Part shown: piece after piece, positions 40,295 through 46,769 of the stretch
Numbering within the stretch: position 1 is the first letter of the stretch
Layout: each line of letters begins with the position of its first letter
DNA from: a virus
DNA: 59,833 bases
Virus record (IMG/VR): IMGVR_UViG_3300020185_000003
Strand: one strand, 5' to 3'
Program-made: the position numbers and the translations under genes
Notes under the pieces: generated by a model
Seen by the model: the letters and a program-made list of their open reading frames with translations, nothing else
Told to the model about the DNA's origin: nothing
The model's database searches: none

Positions 40295-40581
40295 GACTTC
40301 ATTTGTTTAATAGTTTTCCTATAGTCTCCGTCTACCTGCAAACGTTCTTTCACCTGATTGATTCCGTAGATAATAGATGAATGGTTAATGAGATACCCCT
40401 TGCTAAACATATACTCTTGGATATAAACGATTCGCATTGGTCGTTCACTGCACATATAGTATAGAAGGTAACGTGCGTCTACAATGTCTCTTCGTTTACT
40501 CTTAGTGAAAAGTAGTTCTTCGCTGATACCGAACAGGTCGGCACATTGAGTTGCGTATTCATTGAAAATATTTAGTTTCAT
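40279..40581 (-). CDS. DnaA domain-IV-like HTH DNA-binding protein (second paralogue)
   Basis: FTKSKRRDIVDARYLLYYMCSERPMRIVYIQEYM...NHSSIIYGINQVKERL. Confidence 0.6.
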   Translation of the reverse strand: MKLNIFNEYATQCADLFGISEELLFTKSKRRDIVDARYLLYYMCSERPMRIVYIQEYMFSKGYLINHSSIIYGINQVKERLQVDGDYRKTIKQMKSCVTV

Positions 40582-40796
40582 TTGATTTGATTTTTTGCTT
40601 CGTAGTCTTTGAATATTTCACCAAAGTACCCGAATAGTTCTTTTAAAATTTCTACTGAAGAGTTGTCTGCTACCCGTGTCTTTGAAGACACTCGCTCTCT
40701 TGATTGAAATTCCCTGAAGTGATACTCATCATCAAGGAATTCGTCTTGGATTTCTTGCTCACGAATTTCGGTGAACATCTGTTTTGATTTTGACAT
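40578..40796 (-). CDS. hypothetical protein
   Basis: 72-aa ORF that contains PAL16 copy G. Confidence 0.55.
   Translation of the reverse strand: MSKSKQMFTEIREQEIQDEFLDDEYHFREFQSRERVSSKTRVADNSSVEILKELFGYFGEIFKDYEAKNQIK
40676..40691. repeat. PAL16 copy G (GTGTCTTTGAAGACAC, exact)
   Basis: Lies inside a CDS; the sense strand reads R-VSSKT-R. Confidence 0.95.
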
Positions 40797-40833
40797 ATGA
40801 TTTGATTTTAGATTGTGTAAATATAATTATAGT

Positions 40834-41106
40834 TTATTTCTCGTGCAAATTTTCTTTAGCAATAATTAAAAGAATTAAGTACCCGCACAAGTCAAACAAG
40901 GTATCTTCTGTTTCATCGTTCAGCCCTCTGTTTTTTATTCGGGCTAACTTGTCGTCTATCCTTGCTTGTAAAGATTCAACGGCATCTCCCTTAGAGAATA
41001 TGTTGATTGGTTCAAGGGCTGAGTTCCCGTATGCCTCATTCTTTTCTGCAAGCATACGGTATACTCTCCCTGTCACATCTTTTATCTGCTCCTTGCTACT
41101 TGACAT
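40834..41106 (-). CDS. all-alpha MazG-like / DUF1599-like NTP pyrophosphohydrolase (tentative)
   Basis: 90 aa with EKNEAYGNSALEP...RIDDKLARIKN...EDTLFDLCGYLIL. Confidence 0.45.
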   Translation of the reverse strand: MSSSKEQIKDVTGRVYRMLAEKNEAYGNSALEPINIFSKGDAVESLQARIDDKLARIKNRGLNDETEDTLFDLCGYLILLIIAKENLHEK

Positions 41107-41452
41107 TGATTCCCATTAGGTGATTGAACAATGCTTCCTCTACAACCTCTATCTTCTTTGACCGCTTTGACTTCACTGTTGGATAGTCAAACAAATAGAA
41201 GCCGTTGCTTAGCATTTGAATGTAGTTCTTACCAATGTAAGTCATCACATCTTTGCACTTGGTGTCTAACGCAGGTGGATTGCGATACGATTTCTCGAAA
41301 GACTCTCGTGTCATAATCATCCCTGTTTCAGTCAGGTCTTTAATGGATAGTTCTTCATCTATCTTCTGTTGCATCTTCTGAATTACCTTCAGGTTCGGTA
41401 CGTCCTTGAGTTTCTCCTCAAGGATAAGTTGTTTGAATAAATGTTTCATCAT
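41096..41452 (-). CDS. hypothetical protein
   Basis: 118-aa ORF. Confidence 0.55.
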   Translation of the reverse strand: MMKHLFKQLILEEKLKDVPNLKVIQKMQQKIDEELSIKDLTETGMIMTRESFEKSYRNPPALDTKCKDVMTYIGKNYIQMLSNGFYLFDYPTVKSKRSKKIEVVEEALFNHLMGINVK

Positions 41453-41454
41453 AT

Positions 41455-41697
41455 TTAATTTATTTCACTGCTCTGTGCGTAAATGACTTCCCCCACGATT
41501 GGATGTCCATACAGTTCAGTTGCTTGTTGATTTAGTGGGAGTCCGAAAAGGTTCCCCTCTTCATTAATAATTAAACACTTTCCCTCGGGCAGGTATACGA
41601 TTTCAATGTAACCGCCAACGAGTTCTTGCATTGCTTTTAGAGTTGAGATGTCCACATCTTCTACTCGCTTACCATTTGATTTTAATAGTGTTGCCAT
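41455..41697 (-). CDS. hypothetical protein (DUF3846-like pattern)
   Basis: 80 aa with LKAMQELVGGYIEIVYLPEG..INEEGNLFGLPLN. Confidence 0.55.
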   Translation of the reverse strand: MATLLKSNGKRVEDVDISTLKAMQELVGGYIEIVYLPEGKCLIINEEGNLFGLPLNQQATELYGHPIVGEVIYAQSSEIN

Positions 41698-41729
41698 TTG
41701 ATTTGATTTTATTTGGTATAACTTATGTT

Positions 41730-41737
41730 CAAATATA
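41730..41737 (-). promoter_or_regulatory. -7 promoter box (sense ACTATATTTGAAC)
   Basis: The complement is TATATTTG, 32 nt upstream of ATG 41697. The box and its flanks are nearly identical to the 46851 box. Confidence 0.55.
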
Positions 41738-41748
41738 GTATTAATATT

Positions 41749-42102
41749 TTAACCACGCAAGATATCTGCGTATTTTCCGTACCAATATCCGTTAATTAGC
41801 ACCTTGTCTACTGATGTCCACTTCACTTCTTGCTTGGCGGGAATGTGTCCTCCTTCGATAACGATTCTTGCTCCGTCTTTGATTGCTCTGCGAATGTGGT
41901 AGACCGTGTCCATAAGTTCTTCTGCGACTCCGTCCCAAGCAAATACGTCAAGGTCTGTGTTGTTGAAGATGAGTTCTGCTTGGTCGGTGATGTCAACGAA
42001 TACGAAATTGTCAGGTTGGGTAATGATAAGTCTGTTGTCCATAATTGATTTTGTTTTTTTGATTTCATTTTTATTAGGTTTTATTTTAACAATGTCCTCC
42101 AA
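41749..42102 (-). CDS. hypothetical protein
   Basis: 117-aa ORF. Confidence 0.55.
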   Translation of the reverse strand: MEDIVKIKPNKNEIKKTKSIMDNRLIITQPDNFVFVDITDQAELIFNNTDLDVFAWDGVAEELMDTVYHIRRAIKDGARIVIEGGHIPAKQEVKWTSVDKVLINGYWYGKYADILRG

Positions 42103-42361
42103 AGGAAAAAGTTCCGTCAGGGTTTACTACATCGTAACGTGTCTCTGAGTCTGACGAGTCGTCATCCATTCCGTCTCCAAGTCCACGTCCAAATTCATAT
42201 GATGCGTCAGATAGTTTGTCATCGAGTTCATCAATAAAGAAATGCTCGTTGTCCCACAACCAATCTTTTACGTTCTCATCTTCTACGTGTGAAGGAACGT
42301 TTACTTCAACCGATACCATCTTATGGTATACCGCACGTGTTGTTACTTTTACTTTTTTCAT
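42086..42361 (-). CDS. hypothetical acidic protein
   Basis: 91-aa ORF. Confidence 0.55.
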   Translation of the reverse strand: MKKVKVTTRAVYHKMVSVEVNVPSHVEDENVKDWLWDNEHFFIDELDDKLSDASYEFGRGLGDGMDDDSSDSETRYDVVNPDGTFSFGGHC

Positions 42362-42367
42362 TTTGAT

Positions 42368-42664
42368 TTATATTACGTCTATTAATTTGCCGTCCCATTC
42401 TTTGTCGTTCAGATACCAATTGAAATTCTTTTGATGTATTCGCACGTTAGGAATTCCATTCAACCTTTCTTTTGTTGTATTACTAAGCCACCCTGCATTG
42501 GTGATGGACAAAGTTCTCTCAGGGTTATTGTATCGGTAGGCAATTTCGTTACCGAATAGTTTTAAAATGGTAACGTTGTCTAATACCGTCACCTCTGTGT
42601 TGTCTTTGTGGAAAGGTCTTGCATTCATAAATGCATCAACCGATTCTATTGTGATTTTTCTCAT
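42368..42664 (-). CDS. hypothetical protein
   Basis: 98-aa ORF. Confidence 0.55.
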   Translation of the reverse strand: MRKITIESVDAFMNARPFHKDNTEVTVLDNVTILKLFGNEIAYRYNNPERTLSITNAGWLSNTTKERLNGIPNVRIHQKNFNWYLNDKEWDGKLIDVI

Positions 42665-42681
42665 TTTGATTTGATTTTAAA

Positions 42682-43761
42682 TTAGTTAAACAATGCTACT
42701 TCGTTATCTGTGAACCAACCGCCACACGCACTGCAGTGGTAGTGGTTAAACCCATCGTACTCCAAGTCAGAGAAACAATCAATGCAGGATGGCTTCTCTA
42801 CATAAACCTCTTCCCTCTCATTAAAGACCTCATCGAAATAAGAAAGTTGTGTGCATTCTTTTTGTGTCTTTGAAGACACTGTCTTGGACTTGGATAGTGT
42901 AAAAGATTTTGGAATGGGCTTCTGAAGAAATGTCTTGTGCATTACCTCCCCACTTCTGATTTGTTTTGGGTTAAAGTATATCCACGCAGTAACTTCTTTA
43001 CCCTGTATGACAACCTGAATCTGCTCACGCTTGTACCATCTCGGATGACCCTCAAGGATATCTAACTTCGCTAAGGTAGAGTCACTTACTTTGAATACGT
43101 CTACCGCCACGTTGTGTCCCACTCCCTTTTGATTTACCAAGAAAGGTAAACCGTTAACGATTAACGGATACTTATCCTTAGTCTTGCCTGAGCCAACAAA
43201 GTCAGAGTTGTAAAGGTGACCGTAGTAGTTGCTATAACCTTTCTTCAATGTTCCGTACACTGCAACCACGTTGTCAAGTAGGACGTTGTCTTTTGAGAAC
43301 CACACGCCATCTCTGTTGGTGTACAGGTGACGATTGTATATCTGATACGATTTGGTCTTGGTGTTGACGCTAACAAACCTGCACTCATACTTCTCAAGTT
43401 CAGTTTTCCATTGGTCTCTTGGCATATCACCTAACATCTCAGCAAGTACCTTGCTATCTGTCTTGTTGTCGTTGCCCAACCCTTTGATGGTTCCGTTCAT
43501 CATCAGCAGTTCGTCTGTGTTCTTACCGCACACAAATGGATGTGTGTTCGCTCGGTTAATCTTACCGACAGTTGCGTATCTGAAATGCGCAATGTATGGT
43601 CGGTCAGTTAATAGTTTCTTGTACTCTTTAGAGTCGTGATAGGTTACCTCAAAGGTGTCCAACCAAACAATGCCCAACCCATCAGGATTGACAGTTGATG
43701 ATTTCTTTAGGACTTCTTGCGATACCTTGCGACCTCTTTGTTTAATGATGATTACACACAT
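42682..43761 (-). CDS. fusion protein: class-II (Ntn, Cys2) glutamine-amidotransferase-like amidohydrolase + AIG2/GGACT-like gamma-glutamyl(amine) cyclotransferase + C-terminal Zn-ribbon
   Basis: N-terminus: MCVIII..NPDGLGIVW..AHFRYATVGKINRANTHPFV..LMMNGTI (YafJ/EgtC-like pattern with the Cys2 nucleophile). Middle: VAVYGTLKKGYSNY...LDILEGHPRWYKRE (AIG2/GGCT pattern). C-terminus: CIDCFSDLEYDGFNHYHCSACGGWF. Confidence 0.75.
   Translation of the reverse strand: MCVIIIKQRGRKVSQEVLKKSSTVNPDGLGIVWLDTFEVTYHDSKEYKKLLTDRPYIAHFRYATVGKINRANTHPFVCGKNTDELLMMNGTIKGLGNDNKTDSKVLAEMLGDMPRDQWKTELEKYECRFVSVNTKTKSYQIYNRHLYTNRDGVWFSKDNVLLDNVVAVYGTLKKGYSNYYGHLYNSDFVGSGKTKDKYPLIVNGLPFLVNQKGVGHNVAVDVFKVSDSTLAKLDILEGHPRWYKREQIQVVIQGKEVTAWIYFNPKQIRSGEVMHKTFLQKPIPKSFTLSKSKTVSSKTQKECTQLSYFDEVFNEREEVYVEKPSCIDCFSDLEYDGFNHYHCSACGGWFTDNEVALFN
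42864..42879. repeat. PAL16 copy H (GTGTCTTTGAAGACAC, exact)
   Basis: Lies inside the GATase-GGCT CDS linker; the sense strand reads T-VSSKT-Q. Confidence 0.95.
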
Positions 43762-43789
43762 AATGATTATATTTTGTTTAATTATTGTA

Positions 43790-43797
43790 CAAAGATA
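43790..43797 (-). promoter_or_regulatory. -7 promoter box (sense AACTATCTTTGTAC)
   Basis: The complement is TATCTTTG, 28 nt upstream of ATG 43761. Confidence 0.6.
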
Positions 43798-43803
43798 GTT
43801 TAA

Positions 43804-44316
43804 TTATTTTAGACTACCAAATTTATTTTTTACTCGTTCCCAATACACTTCAGTTGATTGCTTCTTGTGACCTCGTCCTCCGCCATTCCATTTACGGGCA
43901 ACCACCTCAAAGAATTCTTCCTGAGTCAATCCCTCGCAACACTCAACCTGCTCCGCCATAATCTCAAACATCTCGATAGACTTTTCTCTGTTCCATCTGT
44001 CGTCCAAGGTGTATCGGAATGGGGCGTTCCACTTTTTTAGTTTGCGGTTAACCTCACGCACCATAATAGGACGTATCTGTAGGCAACCTGCCGCTTTCTC
44101 TTTTTCGTTGTATGCAGAATCATTCCCGCTACTCTCTACTTGGATTACTGCTTCAACAAATAATTCCCAATCGGTTTGTGTCTTTGAAGACACAATCTCG
44201 GGTGAGATTGTATCTTCTATAACACATTGTTCTGAATCTGTAGTTGGCTTGTCGTATGATGCAAACCCAAGCACGGATACCGTGACTACTCCTGCTAAAA
44301 TTTTAATCTGTCTCAT
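43804..44316 (-). CDS. lytic transglycosylase (SLT domain) with an N-terminal membrane anchor/signal
   Basis: MRQIKILAGVVTVSVLGF...; AVIQVESSGNDSAYNEKEKAAGCLQIRP matches the E-S..N...G.(L)MQI pattern. Confidence 0.7.
   Translation of the reverse strand: MRQIKILAGVVTVSVLGFASYDKPTTDSEQCVIEDTISPEIVSSKTQTDWELFVEAVIQVESSGNDSAYNEKEKAAGCLQIRPIMVREVNRKLKKWNAPFRYTLDDRWNREKSIEMFEIMAEQVECCEGLTQEEFFEVVARKWNGGGRGHKKQSTEVYWERVKNKFGSLK
44178..44193. repeat. PAL16 copy I (GTGTCTTTGAAGACAC, exact)
   Basis: Lies inside the SLT CDS; the sense strand reads I-VSSKT-Q. Confidence 0.95.
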
Positions 44317-44317
44317 C

Positions 44318-44644
44318 TTAAATAGTTGTTTGTGTTATATACTTCTGTGCTTGTGTCTTACTGACAAAGTATAGTTTGTTCTTATCAAATAATTCCTCGC
44401 TTATGTCATCCCAACAAGACATCACTACCTCGTTGTTTTCTATCGTGTAGTACGTGTCTCCCTCATTGAATGGGAATCCTGAATCGTACCAACACTCGTC
44501 AAGGAGATATCCCTTGGTTCGGTGCATATGCGCAATAAAATTGTCGCAGTGGCGTAGGTCGTTGAACTCTTTTGTTAGTGTCCATAAACTCTTTCCTTTA
44601 TAGGATGGTTTACAGGTTTCGAATTGTAGTGTTACTTTATACAT
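44318..44644 (-). CDS. hypothetical protein
   Basis: 108-aa ORF. Confidence 0.6.
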   Translation of the reverse strand: MYKVTLQFETCKPSYKGKSLWTLTKEFNDLRHCDNFIAHMHRTKGYLLDECWYDSGFPFNEGDTYYTIENNEVVMSCWDDISEELFDKNKLYFVSKTQAQKYITQTTI

Positions 44645-44655
44645 AATGATTTAAT

Positions 44656-44817
44656 TTATCGTGTTAATACTGCGGTTAATTTCTGACGTACTATCCAAGG
44701 ATACCTTGATATGTTGTCGTTGAACACTCGGTCAATGGCTTCCCATTTTGAATGTGCAGAGATATTGCAGATATCTTTACCTGCATATCTCACCTTGTAG
44801 TACTGCTTACTTTCCAT
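44656..44817 (-). CDS. small hypothetical protein (53 aa)
   Basis: Hand-translated as MESKQYYKVRYAGKDICNISAHSKWEAIDRVFNDNISRYPWIVRQKLTAVLTR. It fills an otherwise empty 160-nt gap, and its start overlaps the upstream stop by 11 nt. Confidence 0.5.
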   Translation of the reverse strand: MESKQYYKVRYAGKDICNISAHSKWEAIDRVFNDNISRYPWIVRQKLTAVLTR

Positions 44818-45001
44818 CTTTTGCGAACATTAGAACTCCTGCTAAATACAACAGGGTTAAGGTGAACAAACTCACAATACACGTTGAAATAAAATGTGGT
44901 ACGGAACTTACGTCTTGGAATAACGCCAAGATGAAACGACCTGCGTTGAATGTTACTACTGCCAACATTAACGCCATTAAAACTTTGCTTACTTTTTTCA
45001 T
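44807..45001 (-). CDS. small two-TM membrane protein
   Basis: 64 aa with two hydrophobic helices (VLMALMLAVVTF, IVSLFTLTLLYLAGVLMF). It is the first gene downstream of the hammerhead. Confidence 0.6.
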   Translation of the reverse strand: MKKVSKVLMALMLAVVTFNAGRFILALFQDVSSVPHFISTCIVSLFTLTLLYLAGVLMFAKDGK

Positions 45002-45022
45002 TTTGATTTTATTTTATTAGTT

Positions 45023-45075
45023 TCCTGTTTCGTCCTTTGGGACTCATCAGCACAGGCACTCACCTGTGGACAGGA
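45023..45075 (-). ncRNA. hammerhead self-cleaving ribozyme, stem III open (type III)
   Basis: The minus RNA reads UCCUGUC|CACAGG-UGAGUG-CCUGUG-CUGAUGA-GUCC-CAAA-GGAC-GAA-ACAGGA. The complete invariant core is present, along with a GUC cleavage triplet, the A15.1:U16.1 and G10.1:C11.1 pairs, and three perfectly paired stems. Confidence 0.85.
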
Positions 45076-45080
45076 GGATA

Positions 45081-45096
45081 GTGTCCTTGAAGACAC
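45081..45096. repeat. PAL16 copy J (GTGTCCTTGAAGACAC, one mismatch; sense strand same variant as copy D)
   Basis: Intergenic. The stem extends to 12 bp (45076..45101) and directly abuts the hammerhead. Confidence 0.9.
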
Positions 45097-45109
45097 TACC
45101 CTGCTTTTT

Positions 45110-46024
45110 TTAATATCTCCTTGGCGCAGGAGTCTCGGTGAATCCTAACCACCCTTTGATATCCTCGGTCACCTTGCCTGTCTTGATATACTTTTGGAAT
45201 GATACTGCCAAGGTCATTATCTCGTTCACCTTGTCTTGGTTTCTGTCGTACATCGCCATCAGGATTGGTTCTGCCTTCTTCAAGAAAGTCTTGAAATTTC
45301 CGTTTGGATTGTTTACGCTGAAATCAACCAATTCATACATCATCTCGTATCTGCGCATCATCTGTTTTACTGATTGGAATCGGGCAGGAAGACGAAATTC
45401 AATCACGCTACCTTTGTTTAAGCATACGTGATACTTGTTTGAATTGCCTACAGGTAATCCTGCCCAATCTTCTCTATTCTCCTGCATACGGATATTGAAA
45501 CGGCAGTAAGGATTTTGCAATCTGTGACGATACATTGCGTACAGGATGCCTGAATTTTTGCGTACTAAATTCATCAATTCACTACCATCCATCCCTTCTA
45601 CGGCAAGAGAAATGTGTCCGCCACATCGCTTGTCTGATGGGCTATTGGCATCCTCAATAATTCTCTTTGCTTTGTGCATCATATCGTAGACCTTGTTGCG
45701 CCATACTGATGCAGGTAGCAAAGGTAGGATGTTGGTCACTGCTTCGTATCCGCAAGAACCATCACGCTCAAATCCGCAAAGCAATTCGTATTCTCTTACT
45801 GCTCCACGAGATAATTGGTTTTTCTCAATCTCCATTCCGATTGTGAAACGTGAATTGAAATCCGAACCTACCTGCACCAAATTGCGCTTATCAGAATTTT
45901 TCAATTGGGCAATGTCCGAAGATTTTGCACCTTTCTGCATCTCACGAAATTCAGGTTTTCTGTGGTAGTGTTGAACTACTGCTCTGTCTGAGCGATTTTC
46001 GATTTTGTAGATGATACCTTCCAT
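45110..46024 (-). CDS. amidoligase (glutamine-synthetase-like fold, Amidoligase_2-type)
   Basis: TIGMEIEKN, GFERDGSCGYEAVTNILP, CGGHISLAVEG, NPYCRFN and GSVIEFRLPA follow the family motif order as I recall it. Confidence 0.7.
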   Translation of the reverse strand: MEGIIYKIENRSDRAVVQHYHRKPEFREMQKGAKSSDIAQLKNSDKRNLVQVGSDFNSRFTIGMEIEKNQLSRGAVREYELLCGFERDGSCGYEAVTNILPLLPASVWRNKVYDMMHKAKRIIEDANSPSDKRCGGHISLAVEGMDGSELMNLVRKNSGILYAMYRHRLQNPYCRFNIRMQENREDWAGLPVGNSNKYHVCLNKGSVIEFRLPARFQSVKQMMRRYEMMYELVDFSVNNPNGNFKTFLKKAEPILMAMYDRNQDKVNEIMTLAVSFQKYIKTGKVTEDIKGWLGFTETPAPRRY

Positions 46025-46057
46025 TTTATTTAATTTTAGTGTTTATGATTTTTTTAG

Positions 46058-46103
46058 TGGGCAGTAAGGATTCGAACCTTATGTGTCACCGACTGACCTA
46101 CCC
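46058..46103 (-). ncRNA. tRNA-like element (acceptor stem + D-like arm + T arm, no anticodon arm)
   Basis: The minus RNA reads GGGUAG-GUC-AGUCGGU-GAC-ACA-UAAGG-UUCGAAU-CCUUA-CUGCCC-A. It has a 6-bp acceptor stem (one G.U pair), a canonical T arm and loop, and a D-like loop with GG. Confidence 0.6.
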
Positions 46104-46105
46104 TT

Positions 46106-46121
46106 GTGTCTTTGAAGACAC
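46106..46121. repeat. PAL16 copy K (GTGTCTTTGAAGACAC, exact)
   Basis: Intergenic, 3 nt after stop 46125 and 2 nt before the tRNA-like element (minus sense). Confidence 0.95.
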
Positions 46122-46124
46122 TTT

Positions 46125-46769
46125 TTACATTCCCATTGATGATTGAAGAAACGCAATTGCTTGAGCAATTTCTGAAGCATCGTTTCGGGTAATCAATTCG
46201 CCATTGGCATTGATGCGGACTGCAATGTTTCGTCCTTCGGGATTCTTCATTGACATTGTGAAGATTGTCTCAACACGTTCCTGTACTTCTGCTGACTCAA
46301 TTGCTTCCTCAGAAATCTCCTCTTCTCCTGTCTCCTCGTTGATGATTGTTTCAACGTCATTGAAATCCTGTGCGAATTTCAACAGACCTGCTAAACTTCT
46401 GTCAACGTCTTTGCCTTGGGCATCTGCTTCGTCACATTTGGTATTGAATGCATCGACAATTTGCTCTGACAATTTCCCTGCTTTAAGTACTTTGTAGAAG
46501 AAAGACTTCTGCCATCCGAAGACCTTTTGACCGAATTCCTCTTTGCTCCACGATAATCCTGCATCCTGCATTTTGAATTTACCTTCCTCAGAAGTGAACC
46601 ATTGTTCTGCTTTTACGACCAATTTTGCCATATTCAAAGTATGACCGAATTTGCTCTTGTGAGCATTGGTAATTTGTCTTTGAATGCGTTTGATGTCATT
46701 CAAGTTTAATGCATTCTTGATTTCTGATTGTGAAAGGAATGCCGTTTCGATTGATAAAAGATTGCTCAT
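46125..46769 (-). CDS. hypothetical early protein (first gene of the leftward block)
   Basis: 214-aa ORF. No motif was recognised. Confidence 0.65.
   Translation of the reverse strand: MSNLLSIETAFLSQSEIKNALNLNDIKRIQRQITNAHKSKFGHTLNMAKLVVKAEQWFTSEEGKFKMQDAGLSWSKEEFGQKVFGWQKSFFYKVLKAGKLSEQIVDAFNTKCDEADAQGKDVDRSLAGLLKFAQDFNDVETIINEETGEEEISEEAIESAEVQERVETIFTMSMKNPEGRNIAVRINANGELITRNDASEIAQAIAFLQSSMGM

Noticed and set aside
38258-45431. Plus-strand ORFs inside the leftward block (for example 38258..38668, 40784..41119, 43352..43639, 44009..44374, 44748..45020 and 45138..45431).
   Set aside because: All are antisense to better, tightly packed minus-strand genes with recognisable domains. Several exist only because they read through PAL16 copies.
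45110-46024. The 304-aa protein next to the tRNA-like element as an integrase, which would make the element an attP core.
   Set aside because: The sequence has no tyrosine or serine recombinase motifs and instead matches the amidoligase motif series. No integrase or repressor was recognised anywhere in the genome, so the attP idea is kept only as a minor alternative.
46058-46127. A complete tRNA gene at the GGTTCGAATCC site.
   Set aside because: Only 22 nt precede the T arm before the PAL16 hairpin and the stop codon of 46125..46769. There is no anticodon arm (PAL16 gives a 6-nt or 2-nt loop, not 7), and no strand complementary to CTGCCCA further upstream.
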